A stretch of DNA of 64,000 nucleotides from Patescibacteria group bacterium (GTDB lineage Bacteria > Patescibacteriota > Patescibacteriia > UM-FILTER-42-10). A program made the translations under genes and the position numbers. Under the pieces are notes generated by a model. The model had not been told where the DNA came from. It made no database searches and saw nothing but the letters and a program-made list of their open reading frames with translations. The DNA is taken from positions 28,696 through 92,695 of the forward strand of contig JBAYKW010000003.1 in NCBI GenBank assembly GCA_041664365.1, given 5' to 3'. Of this stretch, positions 1 to 9,592 are shown piece after piece. Each line of letters starts with the position of its first letter. The stretch's first letter is position 1.

Positions 1-1230
1 GTGGGAATTCTGCCTCGTACGCATGGAACAGGTCTGTTTAATCGTGGTGAAACTCAAGTACTATCAGTAGTTACGTTAGGATCACCGGGAGATGAGCAGT
101 TATTGGACGGAATGGAAGTATCCGGTAAGAAACATTATATGCATCATTACAACTTCCCGGGATTCTCCGTGGGAGAAGTAAAAAGAATGATGTCCGCCGG
201 CAGAAGAGAAATCGGACACGGGGCATTAGCTGAAAAAGCAATCTTGCCTCTATTGCCTGATAAGGAATCTTTTCCTTATACCATCCGCGTGGTATCAGAA
301 GTATTGTCATCCAATGGATCAACATCCCAGGCTTCAATCTGCGGATCGTCTCTGGCATTAATGGATGCCGGTGTACCGATCTCAAGCCCGGCAGCCGGTA
401 TCTCAATCGGTCTGATGGCTAACGAAGATATGTCCAATTATAAACTGCTGACTGATATACAAGGGCTGGAAGACCACATCGGTTTGATGGACTTTAAAGT
501 GGCCGGAACCCGTAAAGGGATTACAGCCATGCAGGTTGATATTAAGAATAACGGACTGACTTTAGAAGTAGTAAAAGGGGCGCTGGAAAAAGCTAAAATT
601 GCACGTGGAAAAATTCTGGATGTAATGGAGCAGACAATCCCAAGCGTTCGCACAGAACTATCAAAGTACGCACCGCGCATCGTTCCGATGAGAATTGATC
701 CGGATAAAATCCGCGAACTGATCGGCCCGGGCGGAAAAGTAATCAATGAGATTATTGATACAACCGGTGTTCAGATTGATATTGAAGATGACGGATTAGT
801 AATGGTTACAGCTGACAAAGATTCCAAACTTGAAGAAGCATTGGAATGGATCAAAGGTATCACCAGCGATCCGGAAGTTGGTCAGGTGTATGAAGGTAAG
901 GTATTGAAGATTGTTACAGACCGCAACAGCGGTAAAGAAATAGGCGCTTTAGTGGAACTGGCTCATGGTAAAGACGGAATGGTTCATGTTTCGCAAATTG
1001 CCCATGAACATGTGAACAATGTAACTGACAAAATAAATGTCGGTGATATCGCTAAAGTAAAAGTGATGGGCGTTGATAAGGAACGCGGTCGTGTAGAACT
1101 TTCTATGAAAGTATTACTGCCGAAACCGGCCGGTTATGAGGACCGGGGTGATGATCGCGGAGGTTTTAGCAGAGGTGGTGGCAGAGGAGGAGAGCGACCA
1201 CAAAGACCCCAACGAAGAGACCGTTACTAA
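1..1230 (+). CDS. pnp: Polyribonucleotide nucleotidyltransferase (PNPase), 5'-truncated by the window edge
   Basis: RNase PH motifs RGETQ, RREIGHG, SNGSTS and MDFKVAG; KH domain (IGPGGKVI); S1 domain (GMVHVS); Arg/Gly-rich tail. Confidence 0.97.
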   Translation: MGILPRTHGTGLFNRGETQVLSVVTLGSPGDEQLLDGMEVSGKKHYMHHYNFPGFSVGEVKRMMSAGRREIGHGALAEKAILPLLPDKESFPYTIRVVSEVLSSNGSTSQASICGSSLALMDAGVPISSPAAGISIGLMANEDMSNYKLLTDIQGLEDHIGLMDFKVAGTRKGITAMQVDIKNNGLTLEVVKGALEKAKIARGKILDVMEQTIPSVRTELSKYAPRIVPMRIDPDKIRELIGPGGKVINEIIDTTGVQIDIEDDGLVMVTADKDSKLEEALEWIKGITSDPEVGQVYEGKVLKIVTDRNSGKEIGALVELAHGKDGMVHVSQIAHEHVNNVTDKINVGDIAKVKVMGVDKERGRVELSMKVLLPKPAGYEDRGDDRGGFSRGGGRGGERPQRPQRRDRY

Positions 1231-1245
1231 GTAATCGAAGAATTC

Positions 1246-1280
1246 AACCGTCCCCTGTGAAAAGGGGGCGGTTTTAGTTT
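1246..1280 (+). terminator. Intrinsic terminator after pnp
   Basis: Hairpin AACCGTCCCC...GGGGGCGGTT followed by a T-rich tract. Confidence 0.75.
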
Positions 1281-1319
1281 ATCCCGTGGTCGAGCAAAAC
1301 TCAATCTAACGGGATTTAT
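1277..1319. mobile_element. Miniature non-autonomous relative of the GIY-YIG element at 36557
   Basis: CCCGTgg...TCTAACGGG ends resemble the 36563/36837 inverted repeats; flanked by GTTTAT/ATTTAT. Confidence 0.6.
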
Positions 1320-1371
1320 TCTCGGTCCAATTTGTGGTAGAGTATAATAAAGTTATCTTTAAGGGGGAAAC

Positions 1372-2724
1372 ATGAGGAAAAAGGAAAAACTGTTTATTAT
1401 CTCCGGTCCGTCCGGAGCGGGAGAAGATTCGGTGATTGAAGGTCTCCGGAGTCATTTTGATATAGAGCGGGTTATTACTACAACTACCAGAGAAAAAAGA
1501 AAAGGTGAATCAAAAGGCAACCCATATTATTTTGTGAGTAAAAATGATTTTAAATCCAAAATCAAAAAAGGCAATTTTATAGAATATGCCGAGGCATATA
1601 ACGGTAATTATTACGGGACGACCAATGATGAAATTGAACGCGTTAGAAATTCTGGTAAGATCGGAATCTGGAAAATAGAATATAAAGGTGTCCAGATTGT
1701 TAAGAAAAAACTGCCGGATGTGAAGTCAATTTATATTGCTCCGCCGGATTTAAAAACTTTGGAGAATCGCATCAAAAAAAGAAGCAAGGTGGATGCTTCA
1801 TATGTTGAAGAGCGGATGAAATATACGAAACAATGGTTGAAATATGAAAAAATTTATGATTATAAGGTTGTTAATCAGGAAGGAAAATTAGATCAGACAA
1901 TTGTTGAAGTCAGAAATATCATTAAAAATCAGTTAAGCAAGGGAATTGGACTGAAAATTGCCTTTGGTTTCATAACTTTACTTATCTTGATCGGATATTT
2001 TATCGGTTTCAGTTTTTTTCATCTGGACAGCCGGGATCAGATTATCAATTACTATGAAAAGATCACAGCTTCCTACAAAATAAAGCATAAAGAACAGTCC
2101 TATTCTGAATTACTAAAATTTGTGCCAAAAGACAGCACTTTGGCCTATATTGTCGGACCATTAACGTTTGATTTCTTTACCGGGAGCAATATTGATGATT
2201 TTCCAGTGCCAACATACCAACAGGCACTCTTTTTTTACCCGAAAGAAGGACTATCGCCGGGGGTTGTTCTACGATTAAATGATCCAAAATCGGAGCAATG
2301 GGAGAGCTTCAGCAAGCTTGTTGCGCAGGTTTGGGCTAAAAAATTCCCGGAAAAAGTACCTTTAACCTTGCCGGATGGCACAGTTGTTTACGAATTAGTG
2401 CCAAAACCGGAAAATATTAAACCAACAACCCTCGAATACAAAGGAGAAACAATATATACGCTATCTGATGGCTCAGAATCTGCTATTTCGTACGTCAAAG
2501 TCGCAGATTACGTGATTGTATCATCATCAGACCAAATCACTCGTTTAGCCCTTTTATCCGCTAATGATATCACTCAAAGATATGAAAAAGGCTTATATTC
2601 CCGCTGTTTAGCAACAAAACCATATGAATATCTATTGATGGATAATGCAAAAAAAGCTGAAAACATTGATATATTAGCAAATGTTTTACCCGTCATTATG
2701 TATTCAACTGAAAAATGCATATAA
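1372..2724 (+). CDS. gmk: Guanylate kinase fused to a TM helix and a C-terminal domain of unknown function
   Basis: P-loop ISGPSGAGEDSV, TTTTREKRKGE and YYGT in the first ~190 aa; hydrophobic IAFGFITLLILIGYFIGFSFF; ~230-aa extension. Confidence 0.85.
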   Translation: MRKKEKLFIISGPSGAGEDSVIEGLRSHFDIERVITTTTREKRKGESKGNPYYFVSKNDFKSKIKKGNFIEYAEAYNGNYYGTTNDEIERVRNSGKIGIWKIEYKGVQIVKKKLPDVKSIYIAPPDLKTLENRIKKRSKVDASYVEERMKYTKQWLKYEKIYDYKVVNQEGKLDQTIVEVRNIIKNQLSKGIGLKIAFGFITLLILIGYFIGFSFFHLDSRDQIINYYEKITASYKIKHKEQSYSELLKFVPKDSTLAYIVGPLTFDFFTGSNIDDFPVPTYQQALFFYPKEGLSPGVVLRLNDPKSEQWESFSKLVAQVWAKKFPEKVPLTLPDGTVVYELVPKPENIKPTTLEYKGETIYTLSDGSESAISYVKVADYVIVSSSDQITRLALLSANDITQRYEKGLYSRCLATKPYEYLLMDNAKKAENIDILANVLPVIMYSTEKCI

Positions 2725-2727
2725 ATT

Positions 2728-2741
2728 GGCTAAAATTAGCC
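2728..2741. promoter_or_regulatory. Palindromic site GGCTAAAATTAGCC (copy 1)
   Basis: Identical 14-mer at 12719-12732; lies 28 nt upstream of a TTGACA box. Confidence 0.5.
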
Positions 2742-2769
2742 TATTATGTCAATTTTTCACTAAAATCTG

Positions 2770-2798
2770 TTGACATGAGGTAAAAAATATGATATACT
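2770..2798 (+). promoter_or_regulatory. Sigma70 promoter
   Basis: TTGACA-17 nt-TATACT with an extended -10 TG. Confidence 0.8.
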
Positions 2799-2804
2799 AC
2801 CTTT

Positions 2805-3154
2805 GTGAAGTAATTTCACGTTATACAAGCGTATATTGAAAATCTAATCTACCACACGGAATAGCAAGGAATATCTCCCTATAAGACGCTTGTAGGGACA
2901 AAGTTCTTTACTATTTTGAAGAGGGAACAAAACAAAAATAAAAGCGGTTAACATATATAAAAATATGGTTAACCACAAAAATGGTAGAGAATCGTCATTT
3001 TCTCCCTAAAACCCTCATAGGAAAGAAAATGCTTAAAGTCTTTGCGACACCAATCGAGCGATCGTCTCACGACGAAAGTGAGTTGGGCAAGGGCCTTGGG
3101 CGTGACAGTGCTTAAATAACTTTGTAATGGCGCTAGTTGCGCCCTTTTTCTTTT
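2805..3154 (+). ncRNA. Candidate structured non-coding RNA of unknown family (~340 nt)
   Basis: Bounded by a consensus promoter and a GGCGC/GCGCC+poly-T terminator; no ORF of 60 aa or more within it; many complementary helices. Confidence 0.55.
3129..3154 (+). terminator. Intrinsic terminator
   Basis: GGCGC-TAGTT-GCGCC-CTTTTTCTTTT. Confidence 0.65.
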
Positions 3155-3199
3155 CTCAATATTTTGTATAATGTATCTATAAGTAATAAAGAAAAAACA

Positions 3200-3562
3200 A
3201 TGGATAAAGAGTTTTTAAAGAAGATAGAAGGAGAGCTTCTCAAGCAACAGGCTAAATTACGCGGTGAGTTAGGTAGTTTTGCGGACAAGAATGTAAACAA
3301 GGAAGATGATTTTAACACCCGTTTCCCAAGCTATGGAGACAAAGATGAAGAAAATGCAACTGAGGTTGCCGATTTTCAGGATAACCTTTCAGTGGAAAGA
3401 AGTTTGGAAAAGACTTTGGAAAGAACTGATTTAGCATTGGAAAAAATTAAGAATGGTACATATGGCAGTTGTGCTAAGTGTGGGAAAGAAATAGATCCGG
3501 CGCGTTTGGAAGCATTCCCAGCGGCAACGCTTTGCATGGAGTGTCATAAATCTGCTCAATAA
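3200..3562 (+). CDS. TraR/DksA C4-type zinc finger protein
   Basis: Coiled coil followed by GTYGSCAKCGKEIDPARLEAFPAATLCMEC; ATG at 3200 preferred over TTG at 3137. Confidence 0.92.
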   Translation: MDKEFLKKIEGELLKQQAKLRGELGSFADKNVNKEDDFNTRFPSYGDKDEENATEVADFQDNLSVERSLEKTLERTDLALEKIKNGTYGSCAKCGKEIDPARLEAFPAATLCMECHKSAQ

Positions 3563-3569
3563 AAACTAA

Positions 3570-4046
3570 ATGAAAGAAGAGTCCAAACAACTGATGCTTA
3601 TTAATATTGGATTCTTTTTTTTGTTTGTTATAGATCGGATATTGAAATGGTGGGCTCTTAATTCATTATCCGATATCTCGTCGATAACTTTTTTTCGTAT
3701 ATTCCGGTTAGAATTGTATTTGAATGAGGGAATAATTTTTAGCGTACCACTACCAAAAATCTTAATCTATATAATAACGGTATTTATCATCGGGATTGTC
3801 GCTTCATTTTTAAATTTGGCATATCGGAAAATAAATTTATATTTGATTTCAGGATTATCTTTAATTTTAATTGGAGCATTCTCTAATCTGCTCGATCGGA
3901 TTAACCATAGTGCGATTATTGATTTTGTAAATTTACGATTTCTGCCTGTCTTTAATCTGGCTGATTGTCTGATTGTCACCGGTTCCATAATCATAATTTT
4001 AAAATTATTTAATTCATCTGAATATCATGATGAAAAAATTCACTAA
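3570..4046 (+). CDS. lspA: Lipoprotein signal peptidase II
   Basis: DRILK, NEGIIFS, GAFSNLLDR, IIDF and VFNLAD motifs with TM segments. Confidence 0.93.
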   Translation: MKEESKQLMLINIGFFFLFVIDRILKWWALNSLSDISSITFFRIFRLELYLNEGIIFSVPLPKILIYIITVFIIGIVASFLNLAYRKINLYLISGLSLILIGAFSNLLDRINHSAIIDFVNLRFLPVFNLADCLIVTGSIIIILKLFNSSEYHDEKIH

Positions 4047-4347
4047 AAAGAAAGAAAACTTTATTTGCATTAACTGTAAAAAGAAAGTCGAAGGTGACGG
4101 GTATACCAATCATTGTCCTTTTTGTTTGTATTCCTTGCACGTAGATGAATCTCCCGGTGACCGATCTTCAGTCTGCAATGGTGTGATGAAGCCGATCAAT
4201 TTGATTATCAAAAACAAAGAGGAGAAGATTGTGCATGTCTGTAAAAAGTGCGGAATGCAGAAACTGAACCGTCTGCACGAGTCAGACAACAGAGAAATAA
4301 TTTATAATATTATAGAACAATATAACCGGAATAATTTGCCGATATAG
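4027..4347 (+). CDS. RNHCP domain zinc-binding protein
   Basis: FICINC...YTNHCPFCLYSLHVD..PGDR...C.G.M.P...HVCKKCG. Confidence 0.9.
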   Translation: MMKKFTKKKENFICINCKKKVEGDGYTNHCPFCLYSLHVDESPGDRSSVCNGVMKPINLIIKNKEEKIVHVCKKCGMQKLNRLHESDNREIIYNIIEQYNRNNLPI

Positions 4348-4442
4348 CGTTTAATTCTTTTTTATAATATTAACTAAAACGTGGGCAGTTTGACTGTCAG
4401 GTGGGTTGGTGCTAACATATAGGAAATAAATAGATAAGCAAT

Positions 4443-4468
4443 GGGCGTCTTGCGATGCCTTATTTTTA
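4443..4468 (+). terminator. Terminator-like hairpin just upstream of comM
   Basis: GGGCGTC-TTGC-GATGCCT followed by TATTTTT. Confidence 0.45.
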
Positions 4469-4479
4469 TTGTAAATAGT

Positions 4480-6000
4480 ATGCCTTCAAAACTATACTCC
4501 GCCGCGTTGGTCGGTATTGAAAGCCAAATAATTGAGGTGGAAGCTGACGTAGCCTCTGGCCTGCCTAACTTGATTGTGGTCGGTCTACCGGATACAGCGG
4601 TGCAAGAGGCGAAGATCAGGGTGCGCTCGGCGATTATCAACAGCGGTTTGCCTTTCCCAAGGACCAGGGTAACTGTAAATTTAGCGCCTGCGGATCTAAA
4701 AAAAGAAGGTTCATCTTTTGACTTGCCGATAGCACTAGGGATTTATATGGCAACACGGGGTGTTGATATAAATTTACCGAAAGAAAAATCAATATTCATC
4801 GGGGAACTTGCTTTGGATGGAACGGTGCGGAGGGTCAGCGGTATATTGTCAATCGTTATGATGGCGAAACAAAATAATATTAAAAATATATTTCTCCCGG
4901 CGGAAAATATTGAGGAAGCGCGGGTCATCTCTGGGATAAAAGTATTTGCTGTCTCAAACCTGATGCAACTTGTAAATCATTTAGATAATTCACGTTTAAT
5001 TATCCCAACATCACATCATATTGAAAGGCTTACTGAAAATGAAAATATTGATGAAACATTTTCTCAGGTAAAAGGCCAGGAGTTTGCCAAGCGCGCGCTG
5101 GTTATTGCTGCGGCAGGAGGACATAACCTCTTCATGACCGGACCTCCGGGCACCGGTAAAACTATGCTGGCCAGAAGTATCCTTTCAATCTTGCCTGAAC
5201 TTCAGACATCAGAAATGTTTGAAGTAACCAAAATCTACAGTGTTGCAAAATTACTGGCCAAAGGCGGGTCGTTGGTGTCAAAGAGGCCATTCCGATCACC
5301 ACACCACACCGCATCTGCCGCCGCACTGATCGGCGGCGGCAGAACTCCAAAGCCTGGCGAAATATCGCTTGCTCACCGGGGAGTATTGTTCCTGGATGAG
5401 TTGCCGGAATTCCCGAGAATCGTTCTGGAAAGTCTTCGCCAGCCTTTGGAGGATGGGCAAGTGACAGTGGCCAGAGTTTCGGGCACTATTCAGTTTCCAG
5501 CTAAGTTTATGCTGATCACTGCTGCCAATCCTTGCCCATGCGGTTATCTCTCCGATCCCAAACAGGTGTGTCGATGTTCACCGAATCAAATAATAAATTA
5601 TCAGAAAAGAGTATCCGGTCCGCTTTTGGACAGGATGGATTTACATGTGGAGGTGGCTAGGATCGAATTTTCTGAACTGGTTAGAGAGCCGGGTTCGATG
5701 CTTGAAACCATCGAGATCAGAAGAAAGATAAAGAAAGCGCGATTAATCCAGAACAGCCGTTTAAAACCGGCAGGACTTCTGGAGAATTCTGAAATGACTC
5801 AAAAGGAAATAAACCGCTATTGTCAGGTGGATAAAAATGCACAGACTCTTTTGAAACAAGCGGTGGAAAAATTCCCCCTGTCAGCACGAGCATATTTTAG
5901 AGTATTGAAAGTTGCCAGAACAATTGCCGATATAGAACAAGAGGAAAGAATCCAGACTCAGCATATTGCCGAGGCGCTGCAGTATAGATTAAAGTTGTAA
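4480..6000 (+). CDS. comM: YifB/ComM Mg-chelatase-like AAA+ ATPase
   Basis: VGLPD, VNLAPADLKKEG, GPPGTGKT, PGEISLAHRGVLFLDE, NPCPCG and SGPLLDRMD. Confidence 0.95.
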   Translation: MPSKLYSAALVGIESQIIEVEADVASGLPNLIVVGLPDTAVQEAKIRVRSAIINSGLPFPRTRVTVNLAPADLKKEGSSFDLPIALGIYMATRGVDINLPKEKSIFIGELALDGTVRRVSGILSIVMMAKQNNIKNIFLPAENIEEARVISGIKVFAVSNLMQLVNHLDNSRLIIPTSHHIERLTENENIDETFSQVKGQEFAKRALVIAAAGGHNLFMTGPPGTGKTMLARSILSILPELQTSEMFEVTKIYSVAKLLAKGGSLVSKRPFRSPHHTASAAALIGGGRTPKPGEISLAHRGVLFLDELPEFPRIVLESLRQPLEDGQVTVARVSGTIQFPAKFMLITAANPCPCGYLSDPKQVCRCSPNQIINYQKRVSGPLLDRMDLHVEVARIEFSELVREPGSMLETIEIRRKIKKARLIQNSRLKPAGLLENSEMTQKEINRYCQVDKNAQTLLKQAVEKFPLSARAYFRVLKVARTIADIEQEERIQTQHIAEALQYRLKL

Positions 6001-6054
6001 GTTTTAAGATTTAAGTGAATATCTTTAACTTTAATCATAAATCCTTAATCTATA
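5983..6054. repeat. Imperfect palindrome built of degenerate 7-mers
   Basis: TATAGAT TAAAGTT GTAAGTT TTAAGAT ... CTTTAAT CATAAAT CCTTAAT CTATAA; ends TATAGATTAA/TTAATCTATA are complementary. Confidence 0.5.
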
Positions 6055-6104
6055 ACAAACAGAAAAAATGGTATATACTGAAGGGGTATATTTATCATCA
6101 AAAT

Positions 6105-6857
6105 ATGAAGGGTCAGTCAAATTACAGCCATATAATTATCTCCATAACAATCGCCATAATAATGATTGTTTTAATTTCCGGTTTTGCGTATGGATTTTTA
6201 TGGTTTTTTAATAATTATATTGGAAGCAGTCTGGATCCATCCAACAACGTAGTTAAACAGTGTATCGGTCAGTGTCAGGAAGAGGCGGCTTGCTCAGTGG
6301 GGACCAGCAGTAATTATCGGTTGGTCAACGGGGTTTGCCAGTGCAGTTGTATTAAACTAAAAAATGTTCTTAATACGAATACGGCTACAAATACTAATAT
6401 TCAGAATACAAATGAATCTGAAAATACAAATACCCAAGATACAGGTTTGCAGATATATGAAAATCCGAAGTTTACTATAGAGTACCCGAGCGGTTGGGAA
6501 GCTCGTACCGATATATCCGGATCAGATCTCGCATCGGAAACTGTAACTATTTCATCACCAGAGACAATAGGGGATACTATCTGGTCCGTTTTGCTTTATA
6601 ACGCTGATTCAACCGACATGGATTCTTTAATCGCCAAAATGGGCGATCAGTTTTCAGACCGCCGAGAAATAAGAGATAGAATCACGATTGCCGGTAAACA
6701 GGCAACTAGAGTTACGGTAACGACGGAAACAATAGAGGGTTGGGAACATGTACAAATATTTTTTGAGGATGATGATACACTCTATGCCATCAATGACGGT
6801 GCCGGTCGCAATCTGGAATTTGAAACTTTTTATAATTCATTTCAATTTATAGAATAA
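6105..6857 (+). CDS. Membrane-anchored surface protein with Cys motif, N/T-rich linker and PsbP-like C-terminal domain
   Basis: MKGQ plus N-terminal TM; YENPKFTIEYPSGW...SFQF. Confidence 0.75.
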   Translation: MKGQSNYSHIIISITIAIIMIVLISGFAYGFLWFFNNYIGSSLDPSNNVVKQCIGQCQEEAACSVGTSSNYRLVNGVCQCSCIKLKNVLNTNTATNTNIQNTNESENTNTQDTGLQIYENPKFTIEYPSGWEARTDISGSDLASETVTISSPETIGDTIWSVLLYNADSTDMDSLIAKMGDQFSDRREIRDRITIAGKQATRVTVTTETIEGWEHVQIFFEDDDTLYAINDGAGRNLEFETFYNSFQFIE

Positions 6858-6871
6858 TTTATTTTAATTAT

Positions 6872-8782
6872 ATGATTAATCAAAAAGGACTTACCCATAT
6901 AATAATCGCAATCGGTGCGTTTGCCGTAGCGGCTGTAATTTTTGTCGGCGCATGGTGGTTTGTTTTCGGTCGTTCAGATGATGCCAATACCACAAACACC
7001 AATACAACAGTTACAATAAATTCTTTTACTGAATGTGAGGCGGCCGGGTATCCGGTAATGGAAAGTTATCCTAGGCAATGTGCAGCGGGAGGTAAAACAT
7101 TTACGGAAGTAATTACCAATACAAATATTTCGGTTAATCAAAATGTTAATAGCACGACAGATAATAATTCTGTAAATCAAGTTTCATTTATTTCCTATTT
7201 AAGTGATGATAAAATATTTTCTCTGAATACAGAGAACGGAGATACTTCAATTGTGTTAGAGATATCTCAAATAATTGATTATGATATTACAAAAGATGGA
7301 CAAAATATTGCTTATGTATCAAAAAAGGATGATTTAGAAACAGAGGTACACATATATAATATTGGTACGCGATTAGATAGTATTGTTTTAAATGAACCGT
7401 TGACATATTATCATGATATTCTATTGTCCCCCGATGGCGGTAAAATTGCATATGTGAAAAAAATATATAATAATCAGGAAAATGAATATTTAAATCAGGC
7501 AGTTTATTATAGTGATATTGATGGAACAAGTGAAACAAAAATTGCCGACACCGGTAAGACTGATGCTGAGATTGGCAATATATATGGTAATGATGTTTGC
7601 CAGTGGGGGAATGATATAAATCTATTAGGTATTGAAGGTTGGGTACCAGAAAGTAATTATGTAGTTTATTATATTAACGATGATTATGAGTGTAGTGGTC
7701 CAGGACACGATAGAATTTATATTACGGATCTTAATGGGAATAAATCATTTTTTGATGAATATCTTTCTAATTCAGGAACTTTCGACTTTAACGGAAATGA
7801 AACTTCTTGGTTACCGGTAAGAATAGATTGGCCGATTGATGCAACTGTGAATGGTTCATTTTTGCTTTCTCAACATGCTCCAATCCCTATGACAAATAGT
7901 CGAATGGTTACTGTTGAAAATAATGAAATAAAAAAAGATTTTAATCTTATCAATTACGATGATCCGGAGTATAAGAATAATATGCAGAGGATCCGTTCAA
8001 ATTATGATTATAATAGTGAGCTTGTTGTATGGGATGAAAAAATACACTACTTTGGTAGTCGTTGGGAAGAATTAGGAAGTAATGAATCGATACAATTACT
8101 AAATCTGAGTCAAAATGAAGCATCAACTATTATTGAAGCGCAAACTGATCTAGCATACACAAATCCTGTGTTTATAGGCGATAATAAAATCTTATATCGT
8201 CGTTATAATGTTGAGGTGGTAACTAATCCATCCGGTTATACATATAATAAAAAATCTGATGATTTTGATTTGTTCATTTATGATTCATCTGATGAAAGTA
8301 ATAGAATGTTGATTGAAAATATCATTGCTGAAGATATTCATGGATATATTGCATCAGCGGCAAGTGGTTGGCAGACACATACCAATGATACTTATGGATT
8401 ATCTTTTAGTTATCCCTCGACAGTTGATATTGAGCAAGCAAGTGGCAATATTTATTTGGCATCTGGTGATGTACAATTCAACGAGATTGGCTCTTCAAAC
8501 GCTTTTTTAGCAGTAATTAATAATGCTGAATATTATGATCAGGACAATGCTCGATTGAATAACATTGTTGAGGATACCATCACTATTGCCGGGGGAGATT
8601 ATAAACGTACAACTGGAAATGACAATGGGCGATATGAGGGTGATTCTGCTGGGATAGTAGTTAATATTGCTTTTAGCGATTATACAATTCATATTGAGCA
8701 GAATCCGGGTAATACACATCCGATGGAAGACACTATTGCACTAGCAAATCAAATACTTTCAACATTCCAATTCACTAATTAA
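6872..8782 (+). CDS. Prepilin-like anchored surface protein with a probable TolB/WD40-like propeller and PsbP-like C-terminus
   Basis: QKG|L plus TM; SFTECEAAGYPVMESYPRQC; SPDGGKIAY; WQTHTNDTYGLSFSYP...TFQFTN. Confidence 0.75.
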   Translation: MINQKGLTHIIIAIGAFAVAAVIFVGAWWFVFGRSDDANTTNTNTTVTINSFTECEAAGYPVMESYPRQCAAGGKTFTEVITNTNISVNQNVNSTTDNNSVNQVSFISYLSDDKIFSLNTENGDTSIVLEISQIIDYDITKDGQNIAYVSKKDDLETEVHIYNIGTRLDSIVLNEPLTYYHDILLSPDGGKIAYVKKIYNNQENEYLNQAVYYSDIDGTSETKIADTGKTDAEIGNIYGNDVCQWGNDINLLGIEGWVPESNYVVYYINDDYECSGPGHDRIYITDLNGNKSFFDEYLSNSGTFDFNGNETSWLPVRIDWPIDATVNGSFLLSQHAPIPMTNSRMVTVENNEIKKDFNLINYDDPEYKNNMQRIRSNYDYNSELVVWDEKIHYFGSRWEELGSNESIQLLNLSQNEASTIIEAQTDLAYTNPVFIGDNKILYRRYNVEVVTNPSGYTYNKKSDDFDLFIYDSSDESNRMLIENIIAEDIHGYIASAASGWQTHTNDTYGLSFSYPSTVDIEQASGNIYLASGDVQFNEIGSSNAFLAVINNAEYYDQDNARLNNIVEDTITIAGGDYKRTTGNDNGRYEGDSAGIVVNIAFSDYTIHIEQNPGNTHPMEDTIALANQILSTFQFTN

Positions 8783-8790
8783 AAAATTGT

Positions 8791-9573
8791 ATGAATAACC
8801 AAAAAGGGATTGTCCCAGTAGTAATAGTAGCTATCATTGCCGGGGTAGTAATTATTGGGGGCGGTGTAATTTGGTACTTCACATCTCAAAATAGTACCAA
8901 TAGTAATACCAACACAAAGAATACAATCGAAAATACAAATAGTGTAATGAATACAAATACCAACAGTGCATTGAATACTAATTCAAAGGTAAATACAAAT
9001 AGCACAATTAATACAAACAACAACACAATTCAAAACACAAATAACGTAACAAATACTAATACAACTGTAACCATAAACACGAATAGTGCATTGGATGAAA
9101 CTGCAGATTGGGAAACATATACAAATACTCGTTATGCATACACAATAAAATATCCTGATAATTGGTATGTAGACACGAATTATTCCGAAGCCGATTTTAC
9201 TTATAGAGCTGGCGAGCAGACTTATATTGGGGGTGATACTTCATGGTCTAATTACAGCAACCCAAGTCAATATACTCTTGGAACAATTCCAAATGACATT
9301 GAGTCGGTAAATCTTCTTATCTGGAAAGTAAGTCAATCATCAAGTGTTGATGATTTTATAAATGGTAAATTTTCTTACTATGATAAAGAATCCTTTATTT
9401 CAAATGATGTTACAGTAACCCGTTTATTTTTGAATGATGAAAATGGTCAGGAAAGTGAAAGAAGAATGCTTCTATTAAAGCAGGATGATAGATTGTTTGA
9501 CTTTACATATGGTCAGAATGGATCATTATCTGTTATGGAAGATATGATTAATACATTTCAATTCACTAATTAA
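8791..9573 (+). CDS. Prepilin-like anchored PsbP-like protein with a long NT-repeat linker
   Basis: QKG|I plus TM; NTN repeats; WETYTNTRYAYTIKYPDNW...TFQFTN. Confidence 0.78.
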   Translation: MNNQKGIVPVVIVAIIAGVVIIGGGVIWYFTSQNSTNSNTNTKNTIENTNSVMNTNTNSALNTNSKVNTNSTINTNNNTIQNTNNVTNTNTTVTINTNSALDETADWETYTNTRYAYTIKYPDNWYVDTNYSEADFTYRAGEQTYIGGDTSWSNYSNPSQYTLGTIPNDIESVNLLIWKVSQSSSVDDFINGKFSYYDKESFISNDVTVTRLFLNDENGQESERRMLLLKQDDRLFDFTYGQNGSLSVMEDMINTFQFTN

Positions 9574-9592
9574 GTTATTAATTAAAAATGGT

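Noticed and set aside
1135-1230. RGG-rich tail of PNPase
   Set aside because: Low-complexity Arg/Gly tails are common on PNPases
2805-3154. Assignment as tmRNA, RNase P, SRP RNA or T-box
   Set aside because: No tRNA-like ends, no GAGGAAAGTCC core, no T-box consensus seen
8895-9090. AAT/ACA-rich repeats as a CRISPR array or DGR variable region
   Set aside because: They encode an Asn/Thr linker; there is no repeat-spacer periodicity and no cas or reverse transcriptase gene
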